Positions 1 to 8,376 of a DNA stretch of 32,000 nt are shown in pieces. Below the pieces are notes generated by a model. It worked only from the letters and a program-made list of their open reading frames with translations. It had not been told where the DNA came from and made no database searches. This DNA comes from an uncultured Nitrososphaerota archaeon (lineage in GTDB: Archaea > Korarchaeota > Korarchaeia > Korarchaeales > Korarchaeaceae), in the NCBI GenBank assembly GCA_964480775.1, contig CAYZRF010000018.1, forward strand, positions 1 to 32,000. The letters run 5' to 3'. Every line of letters starts with the position of its first letter. Positions within the stretch are counted from its first letter, which is position 1. The translations under genes were made by a program, and so were the position numbers.

Positions 1-128
1 TTTTGAAGTTGAAGAATCTGCTTATTCGTCAGCTGAAAGAGTTGTGAACGTATGCATTTAAAAGTAATTCACGTTAATGGGAGCTGAAACGAGAATATAC
101 TTAAGAGAAGGTGGGAGTGTTAAGGAGT

Positions 129-293
129 ATGGCAAAATGGAAGTGCCTTGTTTGTGGGTACATGTACGATGAGGATGTTGGGGATTCAGAAGGAGATGTT
201 CCTCCAGGAACTCTCTTTGAAGATCTCCCAAATGATTGGGTTTGTCCTGTTTGCGGAGCTTCTAAGGATCAGTTTGAATATGTAGAGGAATAA
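129..293 (+). CDS. Rubredoxin
   Basis: Two rubredoxin Cys knuckles (CLVCGY and CPVCGA) plus the [15 protein letters not shown] signature. AAGGAG at 122-127 precedes ATG 129, so I prefer 129 over the GTG at 111 in the ORF track. Confidence 0.93.
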   Translation: MAKWKCLVCGYMYDEDVGDSEGDVPPGTLFEDLPNDWVCPVCGASKDQFEYVEE

Positions 294-397
294 GGACCTT
301 ATCGGCTCTCAATCAATAAGATATCATAAAACAGATTAATAACGGTTAATGCTTCCGATTTTAGTCTGTTGTAAAATAATTTTATTGAGACAAAGGC

Positions 398-982
398 TTA
401 TTTCCTCGATACATATCTGTTTCCCTTTATATAAAACCTCCATGGCTTAAGGGCATCCTCTTCGGCATAATCTACGCCGATTCTCGTTGTCTGCACGATT
501 TCGCGCGGATAATATCCGATGTCCTCGATAAACAACATGTCTCCCGTCATGTCAGTACCGTTTAGCTCCATACCAATCCCCATGGCCTTAGTTAGACTTC
601 CGGGTCCCTTACAAAGCCTCCTAATATCTTCGAGCCTCCTTCTGGCCTTCATGAGTTCTATACCTTCTTTTGGTTCAAGAGCTCTTATCAGAACTGCCAT
701 TGGCACTCCCTCAGGCCCCGTTACCACATTTAGAAGACAGTGAATGCCATATACTAGGTAAATATATGCTGTTCCGGGCCTATCGTACAAAGTAGAGGTC
801 CTGTTAGTTTTCTTACCCCCATAGCTATGCGAAGCCTTATCTTCGACTCCCATATATGCTTCTGTCTCAACTATGATTCCCGAAGTCCTTCCTTCTTCAG
901 AAATATGGACTAAGAGCTTACCTAACAGTTCCTTAGCTACAGTGATTGCATCTCTTTCATAGAAAGTTCGAGGAAGCTTCAT
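398..982 (-). CDS. mpg: DNA-3-methyladenine (methylpurine) glycosylase, AAG/Mpg family
   Basis: Family-typical strings: FYERDAITVAKELLGKLLV, GIIVETEAYMGVEDKASHSYGGKKTNR, PGTAYIYLVYGIHCLLNVV, AVLIRALEP. Length of 194 aa fits the family. Confidence 0.9.
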   Translation of the reverse strand: MKLPRTFYERDAITVAKELLGKLLVHISEEGRTSGIIVETEAYMGVEDKASHSYGGKKTNRTSTLYDRPGTAYIYLVYGIHCLLNVVTGPEGVPMAVLIRALEPKEGIELMKARRRLEDIRRLCKGPGSLTKAMGIGMELNGTDMTGDMLFIEDIGYYPREIVQTTRIGVDYAEEDALKPWRFYIKGNRYVSRK

Positions 983-1151
983 TTTCGAGCCCTCGCCATG
1001 TCCTTATTAGATGAGTTCTTCTCACAAGTTATTCTATTATCTTAGAGACTAAGTCGTTCAACACCTATGAAAAATCTAAGATTTAACGATTCAAAAAGAC
1101 AAAATTTGATGAGAAGTTTGAGCTATACGATCTGCCCAGAATAAACAAGAT

Positions 1152-1514
1152 CTACATTCCCAGCTCTTTTTCTATCTCCTTATCAACCCTCTCCCTTATT
1201 TCCATGTATCTTTTGAACCTTTGAGTCCATTTCCTCAGTGCAAGACTTTCCCTTGCACCTATAAGAAGCCAAAGAACTGATGACACGACGTTCACAGCTA
1301 TGTAAACTATAAGTAAGCGAGCAAGGAACTTATCGGCTTTTGAGATCCTAAGAAGTATGTTTGGATGAGCCAACATGAAACCTGCGAAGATCAGAGAGAT
1401 TGGGGCCATGATAATGGAGGATATAGCTAGCAGCTGAAACCACTTGTACTCAATGTTGAGCCTTTGTATTAAGTCGTCCAAAAGTTCAATTAGGCTTTGC
1501 CTCTGTTCTTCCAA
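1152..1514 (-). CDS. Hypothetical membrane protein (2 predicted TM helices)
   Basis: 120-aa ORF with two long hydrophobic segments and a charged C-terminal tail. It lies downstream of, and co-oriented with, the wHTH gene. I recognise no family. Confidence 0.5.
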   Translation of the reverse strand: MEEQRQSLIELLDDLIQRLNIEYKWFQLLAISSIIMAPISLIFAGFMLAHPNILLRISKADKFLARLLIVYIAVNVVSSVLWLLIGARESLALRKWTQRFKRYMEIRERVDKEIEKELGM

Positions 1515-1571
1515 TTTCCTTTCATTTGAATGTGGGCTTTCATCCTTATATTGATTCCTGAACAGTGTTCA

Positions 1572-1856
1572 TCACCTCTTTTTTCTCGGAAAGACAGCTT
1601 CATAGGGCTCTAGTACTTTCCTACAGAATTCTATGCCACGTCTAGTTACGAAATACTCGATTATCCTCTTTTTGCCGTGCATTATCTCCCTTCTTCCAAT
1701 AAGACCTTTCTCAACAAGGTCTTCCAATAGAGACCTATGTTTCTGTAGGTTTAATCCGCAATAACTCACTAAAGTTGTCTGATTTAGAGTCCCGTGCTCC
1801 ATCAGTGTCAGTATGATGTCTTTTACCATGTACACTTTATCACGATAGGCCCTCAT
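1572..1856 (-). CDS. Small archaeal winged-helix DNA-binding protein (HTH_45/PF14947-like)
   Basis: Pattern IILTLMEHGTLNQTTLVSYCGLNLQKHRSLLEDLVEKGLI ... YFVTRRGIEF matches the ~90-aa stand-alone archaeal wHTH architecture. Confidence 0.7.
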   Translation of the reverse strand: MRAYRDKVYMVKDIILTLMEHGTLNQTTLVSYCGLNLQKHRSLLEDLVEKGLIGRREIMHGKKRIIEYFVTRRGIEFCRKVLEPYEAVFPRKKR

Positions 1857-1901
1857 GCTAATCGAATAACTCCTAGAGATAAAAAGTAAAAAAGAGGGAG
1901 G

Positions 1902-2417
1902 TCAAGAGCCGCTAAGTTTCGATCTCAGCGTCTTGAGTTCAAGCTCCCAGTTTACCCCGTTTGGGTCTTTGAAGCCCCCAGTCATCCTCATCATAACGCC
2001 ACTCCAGCTCCTCCTTCTGTCAACTGAATGGAGAATGAAGTATACCTTTCTTCCTTGTGGGTCAACTCCCCACCCTTCGTAAGAGGCTGTTTTCGTTCGT
2101 TTATTGTATATACCCCTTTCCCAGTCTTCTTCGATGCTGTATCTTGTGCCATTGATCACTATCGACCCTTCCGTTATCCTGAAAGCAACCAAGTCTTCAT
2201 GAACCTCGGTGACCAAGGCTGTTAGTTGGACGGAAGCCCTTACCCTTACAGACTCTCCGTTTATCATTGCCTTTGCGTATCCCTTTATTGTCGTCACCAA
2301 GTACACATCTCCTACGCTAGCGTCTAGCGTTGGAGGCATTGCTAGCAGGGGCACTACGCCTGTAGCTAGGACAAGGGTCAAAAGACCCAAACCTACAAAA
2401 ACCTTCTTTACTTCCAT
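1902..2417 (-). CDS. Hypothetical secreted protein
   Basis: N-terminal signal-like segment (KKVFVGLGLLTLVLATGVVPLLA) followed by a beta-rich soluble domain. I recognise no family. Confidence 0.55.
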   Translation of the reverse strand: MEVKKVFVGLGLLTLVLATGVVPLLAMPPTLDASVGDVYLVTTIKGYAKAMINGESVRVRASVQLTALVTEVHEDLVAFRITEGSIVINGTRYSIEEDWERGIYNKRTKTASYEGWGVDPQGRKVYFILHSVDRRRSWSGVMMRMTGGFKDPNGVNWELELKTLRSKLSGS

Positions 2418-2623
2418 TTCATCACCTAATTCTTAACTGTAGGCCCTTAAATAACTGGATTGCGGATCTTTGTCAGCTAACATGGTTAGAGAACAATGTT
2501 CTCTTATCAAAGATCATAAGGGGTCCTCGTAGGTGCTTAATGAAAACACATGAGAGAATAGTTTTGAGCAAAACGTAACAACTACTATACCAGTTTAGCG
2601 TGAGAATTCCCGAATATTCTACA

Positions 2624-2998
2624 TTATTTGCCTAAATCACTCATGATCCTCGCAATAAGCTTGGTACCTAACACATAATCCTTTATCCTTATGTGTTCAT
2701 TTGGTGCGTGAGCTTTCGACAAGGGATATCCTACTCCAACTGACACCATAGGAATTCCTAGGACATTTCTGAATGAATAAAGAGGTCCTGACCCTGCTGA
2801 CGTTGGGTGGACGATGGCTTCCTTCTGATAAACTTCCTCAGCAGCTCTGATCACAAGTTGCACGAAGTCGTCCTCAACTGGGGTCCTGGCTGGCTCAAGA
2901 AAACTTCGTGCAATTATCTCGATGTCATTGAACCCGTGTTTATCTAGATGGTTCCTCAACTTCTCTAAAATGTCCTTTGGGCGTTGATTAGCGACCAT
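2624..2998 (-). pseudogene. 5'-truncated remnant of an M20-family metallopeptidase (ArgE/DapE/CPG2-like): C-terminal ~124 aa only
   Basis: The translation matches only the C-terminal end of M20 enzymes (VANQRPKDILEKLRNHL ... HPTSAGSGP ... GVGYPLSKAHAPNEHIRIKDY). An in-frame TAA lies 4 codons upstream of the ATG. The ~330 aa normally upstream are absent, and an unrelated 70-aa membrane ORF sits there instead. Confidence 0.6.
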
Positions 2999-3011
2999 AC
3001 TGGTTTTTTAG

Positions 3012-3224
3012 CTATCTGGATCTAGTAAAGGTCTCTAAGATAGCTATGGCTAGAAAGGCCAATCCTGCCAGCTTAACGTCCTTCGTTAAGAAGTAAACAG
3101 CAGCCGCAATTATAGCTGGAGGAATTAAGAACGTCACTATCTTCAGAATCAGCATTATTATCAATATGCCTATCAAAACCGCAGCTACCAGTACGAAGAG
3201 ACTATATAGGTCTAGAACTATCAT
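3012..3224 (-). CDS. Small hypothetical membrane protein (2 TM)
   Basis: 70-aa ORF that is almost entirely hydrophobic. There is no competing ORF on the other strand. Function unknown. Confidence 0.4.
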   Translation of the reverse strand: MIVLDLYSLFVLVAAVLIGILIIMLILKIVTFLIPPAIIAAAVYFLTKDVKLAGLAFLAIAILETFTRSR

Positions 3225-3343
3225 GGTTCCTTCCTCAGACTTGATTAATTATCAAATAAAAAGGCTAAACACTTCACCTCCTACCCTTAGCTATTAGTGT
3301 TCAGAGAATGAAGAATGTCGTCTCAAACAGTCAAATAAGAAGG

Positions 3344-4345
3344 TCAAGAAATAAGCTTCGAATATGGATCCTCAGCAGATAGAGGGAATGGAACTAGCTT
3401 CCCTTTCTGTCTCATATATCTGCCCTCATCTTGATCGAGCATTTCGCCGATTATAGTGGGATTAAGCCCAAGACTGCTCAATAGATTCACGACTTCATCT
3501 TCCGCATCCTTCTTCACAACTGCTATTAGCAGACCTGAGCTTGAAGCGGAAAGTGGGTCAAAACTGAACTTCTTAGAGAGAGTTAGCACCTCTTCAGATA
3601 TTGGGACATCCTCCAAATCTATGCGGAAACCGAGCTTTGCTGCCGAGGCTAGATCGTTCATGACCCTTACAAGCCCTCCTTCGGCCCCATCTTTCATGGC
3701 CTTAATGAGATCTGTTTTTGATAAAGCCAAAGCAGCATCTACCACGGTCATTTTCTCGTAAAAGTCCATCCATTTCCTCACACACTCATCTCCAAACTCT
3801 TCTCTCAAAAGTTCCGGCCTAAAATTCGACAAAGCATAGAGAAGTTCGCCGCCAATCCAACCTGAAGCTATTATTACGTCTCCCTTACTGACGTTACTTG
3901 GAATTAGCAGCTTTTTCGTCTTTCCTACTATTGTACAGGAGATCACTGGCTCCTTAATGGCTGCATACCTGCCTGTGTGACCTGTTATGATTGAGGCTTT
4001 GTACTTCAAAGCCTGTTCGTGAATCTGCTTCATTATAGATAGTATACGCACTTCTGTGTAGTTTAGGGGAAATAGTATATCTAGTATCACAAGATAGGGC
4101 TCTCCTCCCATGACTGTAACATCTGATGCAGGAAAATGAAAGGCAAGGAAACCTAGATGGCGTTCAGGGACACCTAAACAGGGATCCACTGCGTATATCC
4201 TGAATTCGTTTTCAAGGCCCTCGGCACCTGCATCAAGGTAAGGATCTGGTTCCACCATAACTTCTGGCCGTTTGAACCCGGTTAATCTCGTGATTTTCTT
4301 AAGCAATTCCCCACTTGCTTTGCCACTAAATTCCATTATAACCAC
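3344..4345 (-). CDS. AIR synthase-related protein (PurM/HypE/ThiL superfamily)
   Basis: Two-domain PurM-like pattern: N-domain with DPCLGVP...FHFPASDVTVMGGEP, then IITGHTGRY...GDVIIASGWIGGE and a C-domain with AMKDGAEGGLVRVMNDLA. The track start is GTG 4345; ATG 4336 (MEFSGK) is an alternative. Confidence 0.75.
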   Translation of the reverse strand: MVIMEFSGKASGELLKKITRLTGFKRPEVMVEPDPYLDAGAEGLENEFRIYAVDPCLGVPERHLGFLAFHFPASDVTVMGGEPYLVILDILFPLNYTEVRILSIMKQIHEQALKYKASIITGHTGRYAAIKEPVISCTIVGKTKKLLIPSNVSKGDVIIASGWIGGELLYALSNFRPELLREEFGDECVRKWMDFYEKMTVVDAALALSKTDLIKAMKDGAEGGLVRVMNDLASAAKLGFRIDLEDVPISEEVLTLSKKFSFDPLSASSSGLLIAVVKKDAEDEVVNLLSSLGLNPTIIGEMLDQDEGRYMRQKGKLVPFPLSAEDPYSKLIS

Positions 4346-4591
4346 TCAATTTGAGGTTATCGTGAATCAAAAAAGATTATATCCGATAGGAGGCCTTGAT
4401 GTTTAAGCTCTGTTGTTCTGGTTACCAAAATGCAACCTGGTCCTTGTGTTATATGGTCGCCAAAATAGCCAACGTGCGCTTCTAGCTTCTTGTGCTCTCA
4501 AGATGCAGAAGAGTTCGGAACCTAATTGTAGAATAGCGTGTCTTATTATAAAAAGGGAGTGTTTTTTCAAGTCTCTATCAACAGTTAGACT

Positions 4592-5734
4592 TCATACTAT
4601 CTCCTGATATACCCGCTCTATTTTTTCTGCTACAATATCCCACGAATACCTGTTCTCTACGGCTTTACGGCCGTTCCTACCTAGTTCATTTCTCAGGCTC
4701 TCATCCTCTAACAATGAAAAAATTGCTTCAGCCAGAGCATATTCATCCCAAGGATCAACAAGAATCCCGCAATTGGAGCTTTCTACGACTTCTGGAATTC
4801 CACCGACGTTAGTAGCCACTACAGGTTTACCTGATGCCATGGCTTCCAGCAGAACTATGCCAAAAGCCTCTGCTGTTATAGAGGGAAAGACAAAAACGTC
4901 TGTCATGCCATAGAACTTAGGTAACTGCTGGCTTGGAACATAGCCCATGAAACTTACCCTATTCTCGAGATCAAGCAATTTTGCTTGTGTTCTTAGGAGT
5001 AAGAACATTTCTCCTTCTCCTAATATAATTAGCCTAATGTCATCCATTTCTTCAGTTAAAATTTTCATTGCGTTGAGAAGTACATGAATTCCTTTCCTGT
5101 AAGAGAGCCTGCTCACGCACAAGATAATGCGCTCTTCCTCTATACCCAGGTCTTCCCTTAACCTCTCTTTGTTCCAGTTGGGGTGAAATTTCTTGCTATC
5201 TACCCCATTAGGAATAACCGCTACTTGTTTCTGAGTAAAGTGAGAGATGAAGGCTTTTGCTGCGTTGCTAACAGCTATTATCCTATCTGCTCTATCTATG
5301 AACCAACCCAGCACAGGAAAGGCTTGATTGAAGATGTCCCAAACAGGGGAATCGTAAGCTAAGAAGATGGAGTGAGTGGTTAGAACTGTCGGAAAATTCT
5401 CCTCATTTGCTATAGCCGTTCCCCTCAAAGATAAAGGAGTAAAGGCATGATGAGCATGGAAAATATCTGGAGTTTCTCTAGAGAGAAGGTTTCTGAGTTC
5501 TCTACTGGCATATGGAGATATGTTAGTGCTAAGCAGTGGGACTGTAAGCCCAGAAACTCTATAAATGCTCACTCCTTTCTCATCTAACTCCTTATCATCG
5601 TGAACTCCATGGTTGTTTGTAACTATCATCACTTCATGCCCTCGACTTCTGAGATGGAGGGCCAGATCACGGATATGAGTGGCAACTCCTCCTGTTTTCG
5701 GGTAGTACCAGTCGCTCACTAAAGCTATCTTCAA
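4592..5734 (-). CDS. Glycosyltransferase family 4 (GT-B fold)
   Basis: N-terminus [20 protein letters not shown] and C-terminal [33 protein letters not shown] (E-x7-E type motif). The TTG start overlaps the upstream stop (TTGA at 5731-5734). Confidence 0.9.
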   Translation of the reverse strand: [380 protein letters not shown]

Positions 5735-6645
5735 CCCTTACCCCCCATCTTCAGATGAAAGATGATGCCACCCACTGGAGCGTAAACGTATTGAAAAAGG
5801 GTCTTAAAGGCAAGAGCTATGCTTAGGGAACTCTCTAGGGGAATTCCAGCTCGTTCAAGCCCTATAGCTAATCCTAGCTCGTTGCCACCTACTCCTCCTG
5901 GAGTACCTCCTATCAAGCCAACAAATATGCTTGAAGCAAAAGCAATCGCTAGATCACTAATCTCTGCATTATAATCCAGAGAGCGCACCAATATCCATAT
6001 CCCACATAGCTGAGCGAGTAAGGAGAGAAAAGATAGAAGAATAAGCAGCGAGGGTCTCTTTAAGTCATCTTTTACGATTTCTAAGTCTTTTTCAAGCGTC
6101 AGAAGCAAATTACCAACTATCGGTATTCTTTTGCGCAGAATTTTTAGTCTTTCTGCGCCAGATATGTTTTTATCGATCTTCTTAATTATTGCGGCAGAAA
6201 AAATGATTGAAATCGCAATAAATCCTAATAGATGCTTGTTGTGGAGGGCAGGTGCTAGAAGAAGGATGAATAGTAGTGTCTCAATCATCATACCAAGCAT
6301 TAGGCTTCCAACAGCGTCGTAGTAATCTCCTCCAATTAATCCGACTTTTGCAATATGTCCGGCTCCATAAGGAAGAATTAGAAGGAGATAATATCCAGAT
6401 AATACCGCAGAAAGAACCCTCTTAAGGGGAATTTTTCGGAGGCTCGAGAGCAATAGATACCATCTAAAGGTTGATGATAAGACTGCCAAAATCGACATAA
6501 ATGAGGTCAGAACCAGATCCATAGGCCTGATTTCCCCTACACATGTAAGCAGTTGGTTTGGATCAACTCTCCTGAGTACAAAAACTAAGGCTAGAGCCAG
6601 AAATAGTAAACTAAGAACTTCTCTGAGCAGTTTAGAGTATTTCAT
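5731..6645 (-). CDS. Flippase-like / lysylphosphatidylglycerol-synthase TM-region family membrane protein (PF03706-like)
   Basis: Polytopic membrane protein with the family-typical GGTPGGVGGNELGLAIGL segment near the C-terminus. It is translationally coupled to the GT4 gene. Confidence 0.7.
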   Translation of the reverse strand: MKYSKLLREVLSLLFLALALVFVLRRVDPNQLLTCVGEIRPMDLVLTSFMSILAVLSSTFRWYLLLSSLRKIPLKRVLSAVLSGYYLLLILPYGAGHIAKVGLIGGDYYDAVGSLMLGMMIETLLFILLLAPALHNKHLLGFIAISIIFSAAIIKKIDKNISGAERLKILRKRIPIVGNLLLTLEKDLEIVKDDLKRPSLLILLSFLSLLAQLCGIWILVRSLDYNAEISDLAIAFASSIFVGLIGGTPGGVGGNELGLAIGLERAGIPLESSLSIALAFKTLFQYVYAPVGGIIFHLKMGGKG

Positions 6646-6848
6646 TGGTATCCCTTGTGTTGGATCGATTTTCCTTAGCAGATTTCCATTGCACTTTTTT
6701 ATTTAAAACTTTCTTTTCCATTTAAATTGAAATCTTGATGGAAAAATTAGCTTAAATTTTATGATACATTGAGGGATAGATTTACAATAACCTCTATTTT
6801 TCCTAAACTGGTAAATTTTTATACCGGTTTACGTATTTACTTGCTTGC

Positions 6849-7277
6849 ATGAAGAACACTTTGACTTCTCTAGAAGGGCTGATCATAGATATTGTAGCTT
6901 CGTTTCCCGAAGGGATCGGAGTCAACCAGCTTAGCAGAAAACTAAAGGGAAAGGTATCTAAAGTAAAGCTCATTAAGGAAATCAAGAAGCTAAGTGATCT
7001 AGGGCTTCTATACATAACAAGAGATTTAAGACATAAGCAAAGACTCTTAATAAAAGCCAGCGAGCAAGTTTTGCAGATCTGTAAGGTTTTCAGCTCAAAC
7101 AACTTTGCAAAGTTTGAGAAGTGGGAAGTTGAGGTTATAAGTGTGAAAATCGTCAACTTAGTCTCCTGTTACTTGGATTGGGCTGAGAAGCTGAGCGATC
7201 CTTATCTGATTAGCTACCTCAAGTATAAGATCATCTCAGAATTCTCTGGTTTGATTAACAAGATCAAGGAAGTTTAA
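6849..7277 (+). CDS. Hypothetical winged-helix-like protein
   Basis: LIIDIVASFPEGIGVNQLSRKLKGKVSKVKLIKEIKKLSDLGLLYI reads as an HTH plus wing. It ends 3 nt before the UbiA gene. The overlapping minus-strand ORF 6803..7156 looks like a shadow. Confidence 0.55.
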   Translation: MKNTLTSLEGLIIDIVASFPEGIGVNQLSRKLKGKVSKVKLIKEIKKLSDLGLLYITRDLRHKQRLLIKASEQVLQICKVFSSNNFAKFEKWEVEVISVKIVNLVSCYLDWAEKLSDPYLISYLKYKIISEFSGLINKIKEV

Positions 7278-7280
7278 AGG

Positions 7281-8150
7281 GTGGGCTTCTTGAGAGTTTC
7301 TTTGGATATAATCCAAAATGGTGCTGCCAATCTTCTCAGACTATCTAGAGTCAGGGATTGGAGAGGATATTTCGGAATGGCCTTTCTGGGCTTGCTTCTG
7401 AACCGAGTCCCTCCAAACCCTCTAGATGCTTCGATCTTCATGCTAATCGTATCTTTTTATTTAGCCTTTGCCTTTTCAGTGAACAACTGCTTCGATGTTG
7501 TTGTTGATCTACTTGACGTTAAGGATCTCAACAAGAATCCTGTCGCAAGCGGACTTCTTGTATTTGAAAGTGCAATTGCGTTCAGCCTCACTTTCTTAGT
7601 TGCTGGTTTGGTTCTTTCATACATATTTTTCGGGGTTAGATCCGCCTTGCTTTTCTCTCTCCTCTACCTTCTAGCGGGGCTATACTCGGTTCCTCCTGTT
7701 AGAACAAAAAGCAGACCTTATTTCGATTTGCTCTCCCACGGTCTCTTCTTTGGAGGGCTATTAATACTGGCTGGCCCTACAACGTTCGGAGGGTTAACTC
7801 CAGTAACACTAGGAATTGCGGTTGTACTATTTTTCTACTCCATGTTTTTGGAAATTAGGAATCATATAGATGACTATGAATTCGATAAACTATCTGGCAC
7901 ACGGACTACAGTCGTCCACCTAGGACTTGAGGTCAGCGAGAGACTTAAAAGAGCTCTAGCCTTGATAACAATTATATCTCTTTATGTAACCCTCATAGCG
8001 ACAAACAAGCACGTAACGCTTCTAATAACAACCATTGTCCCTAGTTTACTTGTTCTTCTGGGACTTTCAGAAGATAGAACAGTAGACTTCACCCTTGTAG
8101 CCTCAATGCTCTTTCTACTCCTAGAACAATCAAACCTCATTGTGGTTTGA
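7281..8150 (+). CDS. UbiA-family aromatic/isoprenoid prenyltransferase
   Basis: Polytopic membrane protein with a first Asp-rich motif NNCFDVVVDLLD (NxxxDxxxD), followed by KNPVASG, and a second Asp-rich motif RNHIDDYEFD. GTG start. Confidence 0.8.
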   Translation: MGFLRVSLDIIQNGAANLLRLSRVRDWRGYFGMAFLGLLLNRVPPNPLDASIFMLIVSFYLAFAFSVNNCFDVVVDLLDVKDLNKNPVASGLLVFESAIAFSLTFLVAGLVLSYIFFGVRSALLFSLLYLLAGLYSVPPVRTKSRPYFDLLSHGLFFGGLLILAGPTTFGGLTPVTLGIAVVLFFYSMFLEIRNHIDDYEFDKLSGTRTTVVHLGLEVSERLKRALALITIISLYVTLIATNKHVTLLITTIVPSLLVLLGLSEDRTVDFTLVASMLFLLLEQSNLIVV

Positions 8151-8376
8151 GTTTGTAGAAAAGTCGCTTCTTCATTGGGCTCCTCAAGAGGAATCATTGG
8201 AAGTGAATGAATCTGCGTACAAGAAAGATAAGAAAAGTTCGTTGGAAACAATGCGTCGCAAAGGATGGTTTGATTATCTTGAATACCCCAAAGCGCTTTG
8301 ATCCTGCTCTACTGATTTTCGATGACATATCAAGTAGCTAGTCGAGCCAATCTCTAGATCCTTCTTAATGTTTGAA

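Noticed and set aside
519-743. Antisense ORFs inside longer, motif-supported genes. Examples: 519..743, 2028..2225, 2209..2436, 3456..3761, 6131..6322, 7982..8251, 8505..8699, 8978..9241, 11430..11672, 11791..11973, 13312..13557, 15102..15398, 18423..18728, 19992..20258, 21174..21395, 21516..21770, 22085..22336, 23975..24241, 24370..24582, 25064..25747, 27559..27783, 28346..28540, 30016..30240.
   Set aside because: Each lies opposite a gene with clear family motifs. Their translations are Ser/Leu/Pro/Arg-rich, low-information sequences typical of shadow frames.
1100-1150. C/D-box sRNA candidate (TTGATGAG C-box-like string near 1107).
   Set aside because: There is no matching D box (CTGA) at an appropriate distance and no terminal stem.
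4413-4607. 64-aa ORF in the 246-bp gap between the AIR-synthase-like and GT4 genes. I also wondered about an ncRNA because of the locally higher GC.
   Set aside because: The translation looks random and runs into the GT4 3' end. I could not find a convincing stem structure or any known RNA motif by eye.
6803-7156. 117-aa minus-strand ORF overlapping the wHTH-like gene 6849..7277.
   Set aside because: The plus-strand frame has an HTH-like pattern and is tightly coupled to the UbiA gene. The minus frame is Ser/Leu/Phe-rich with no motif.
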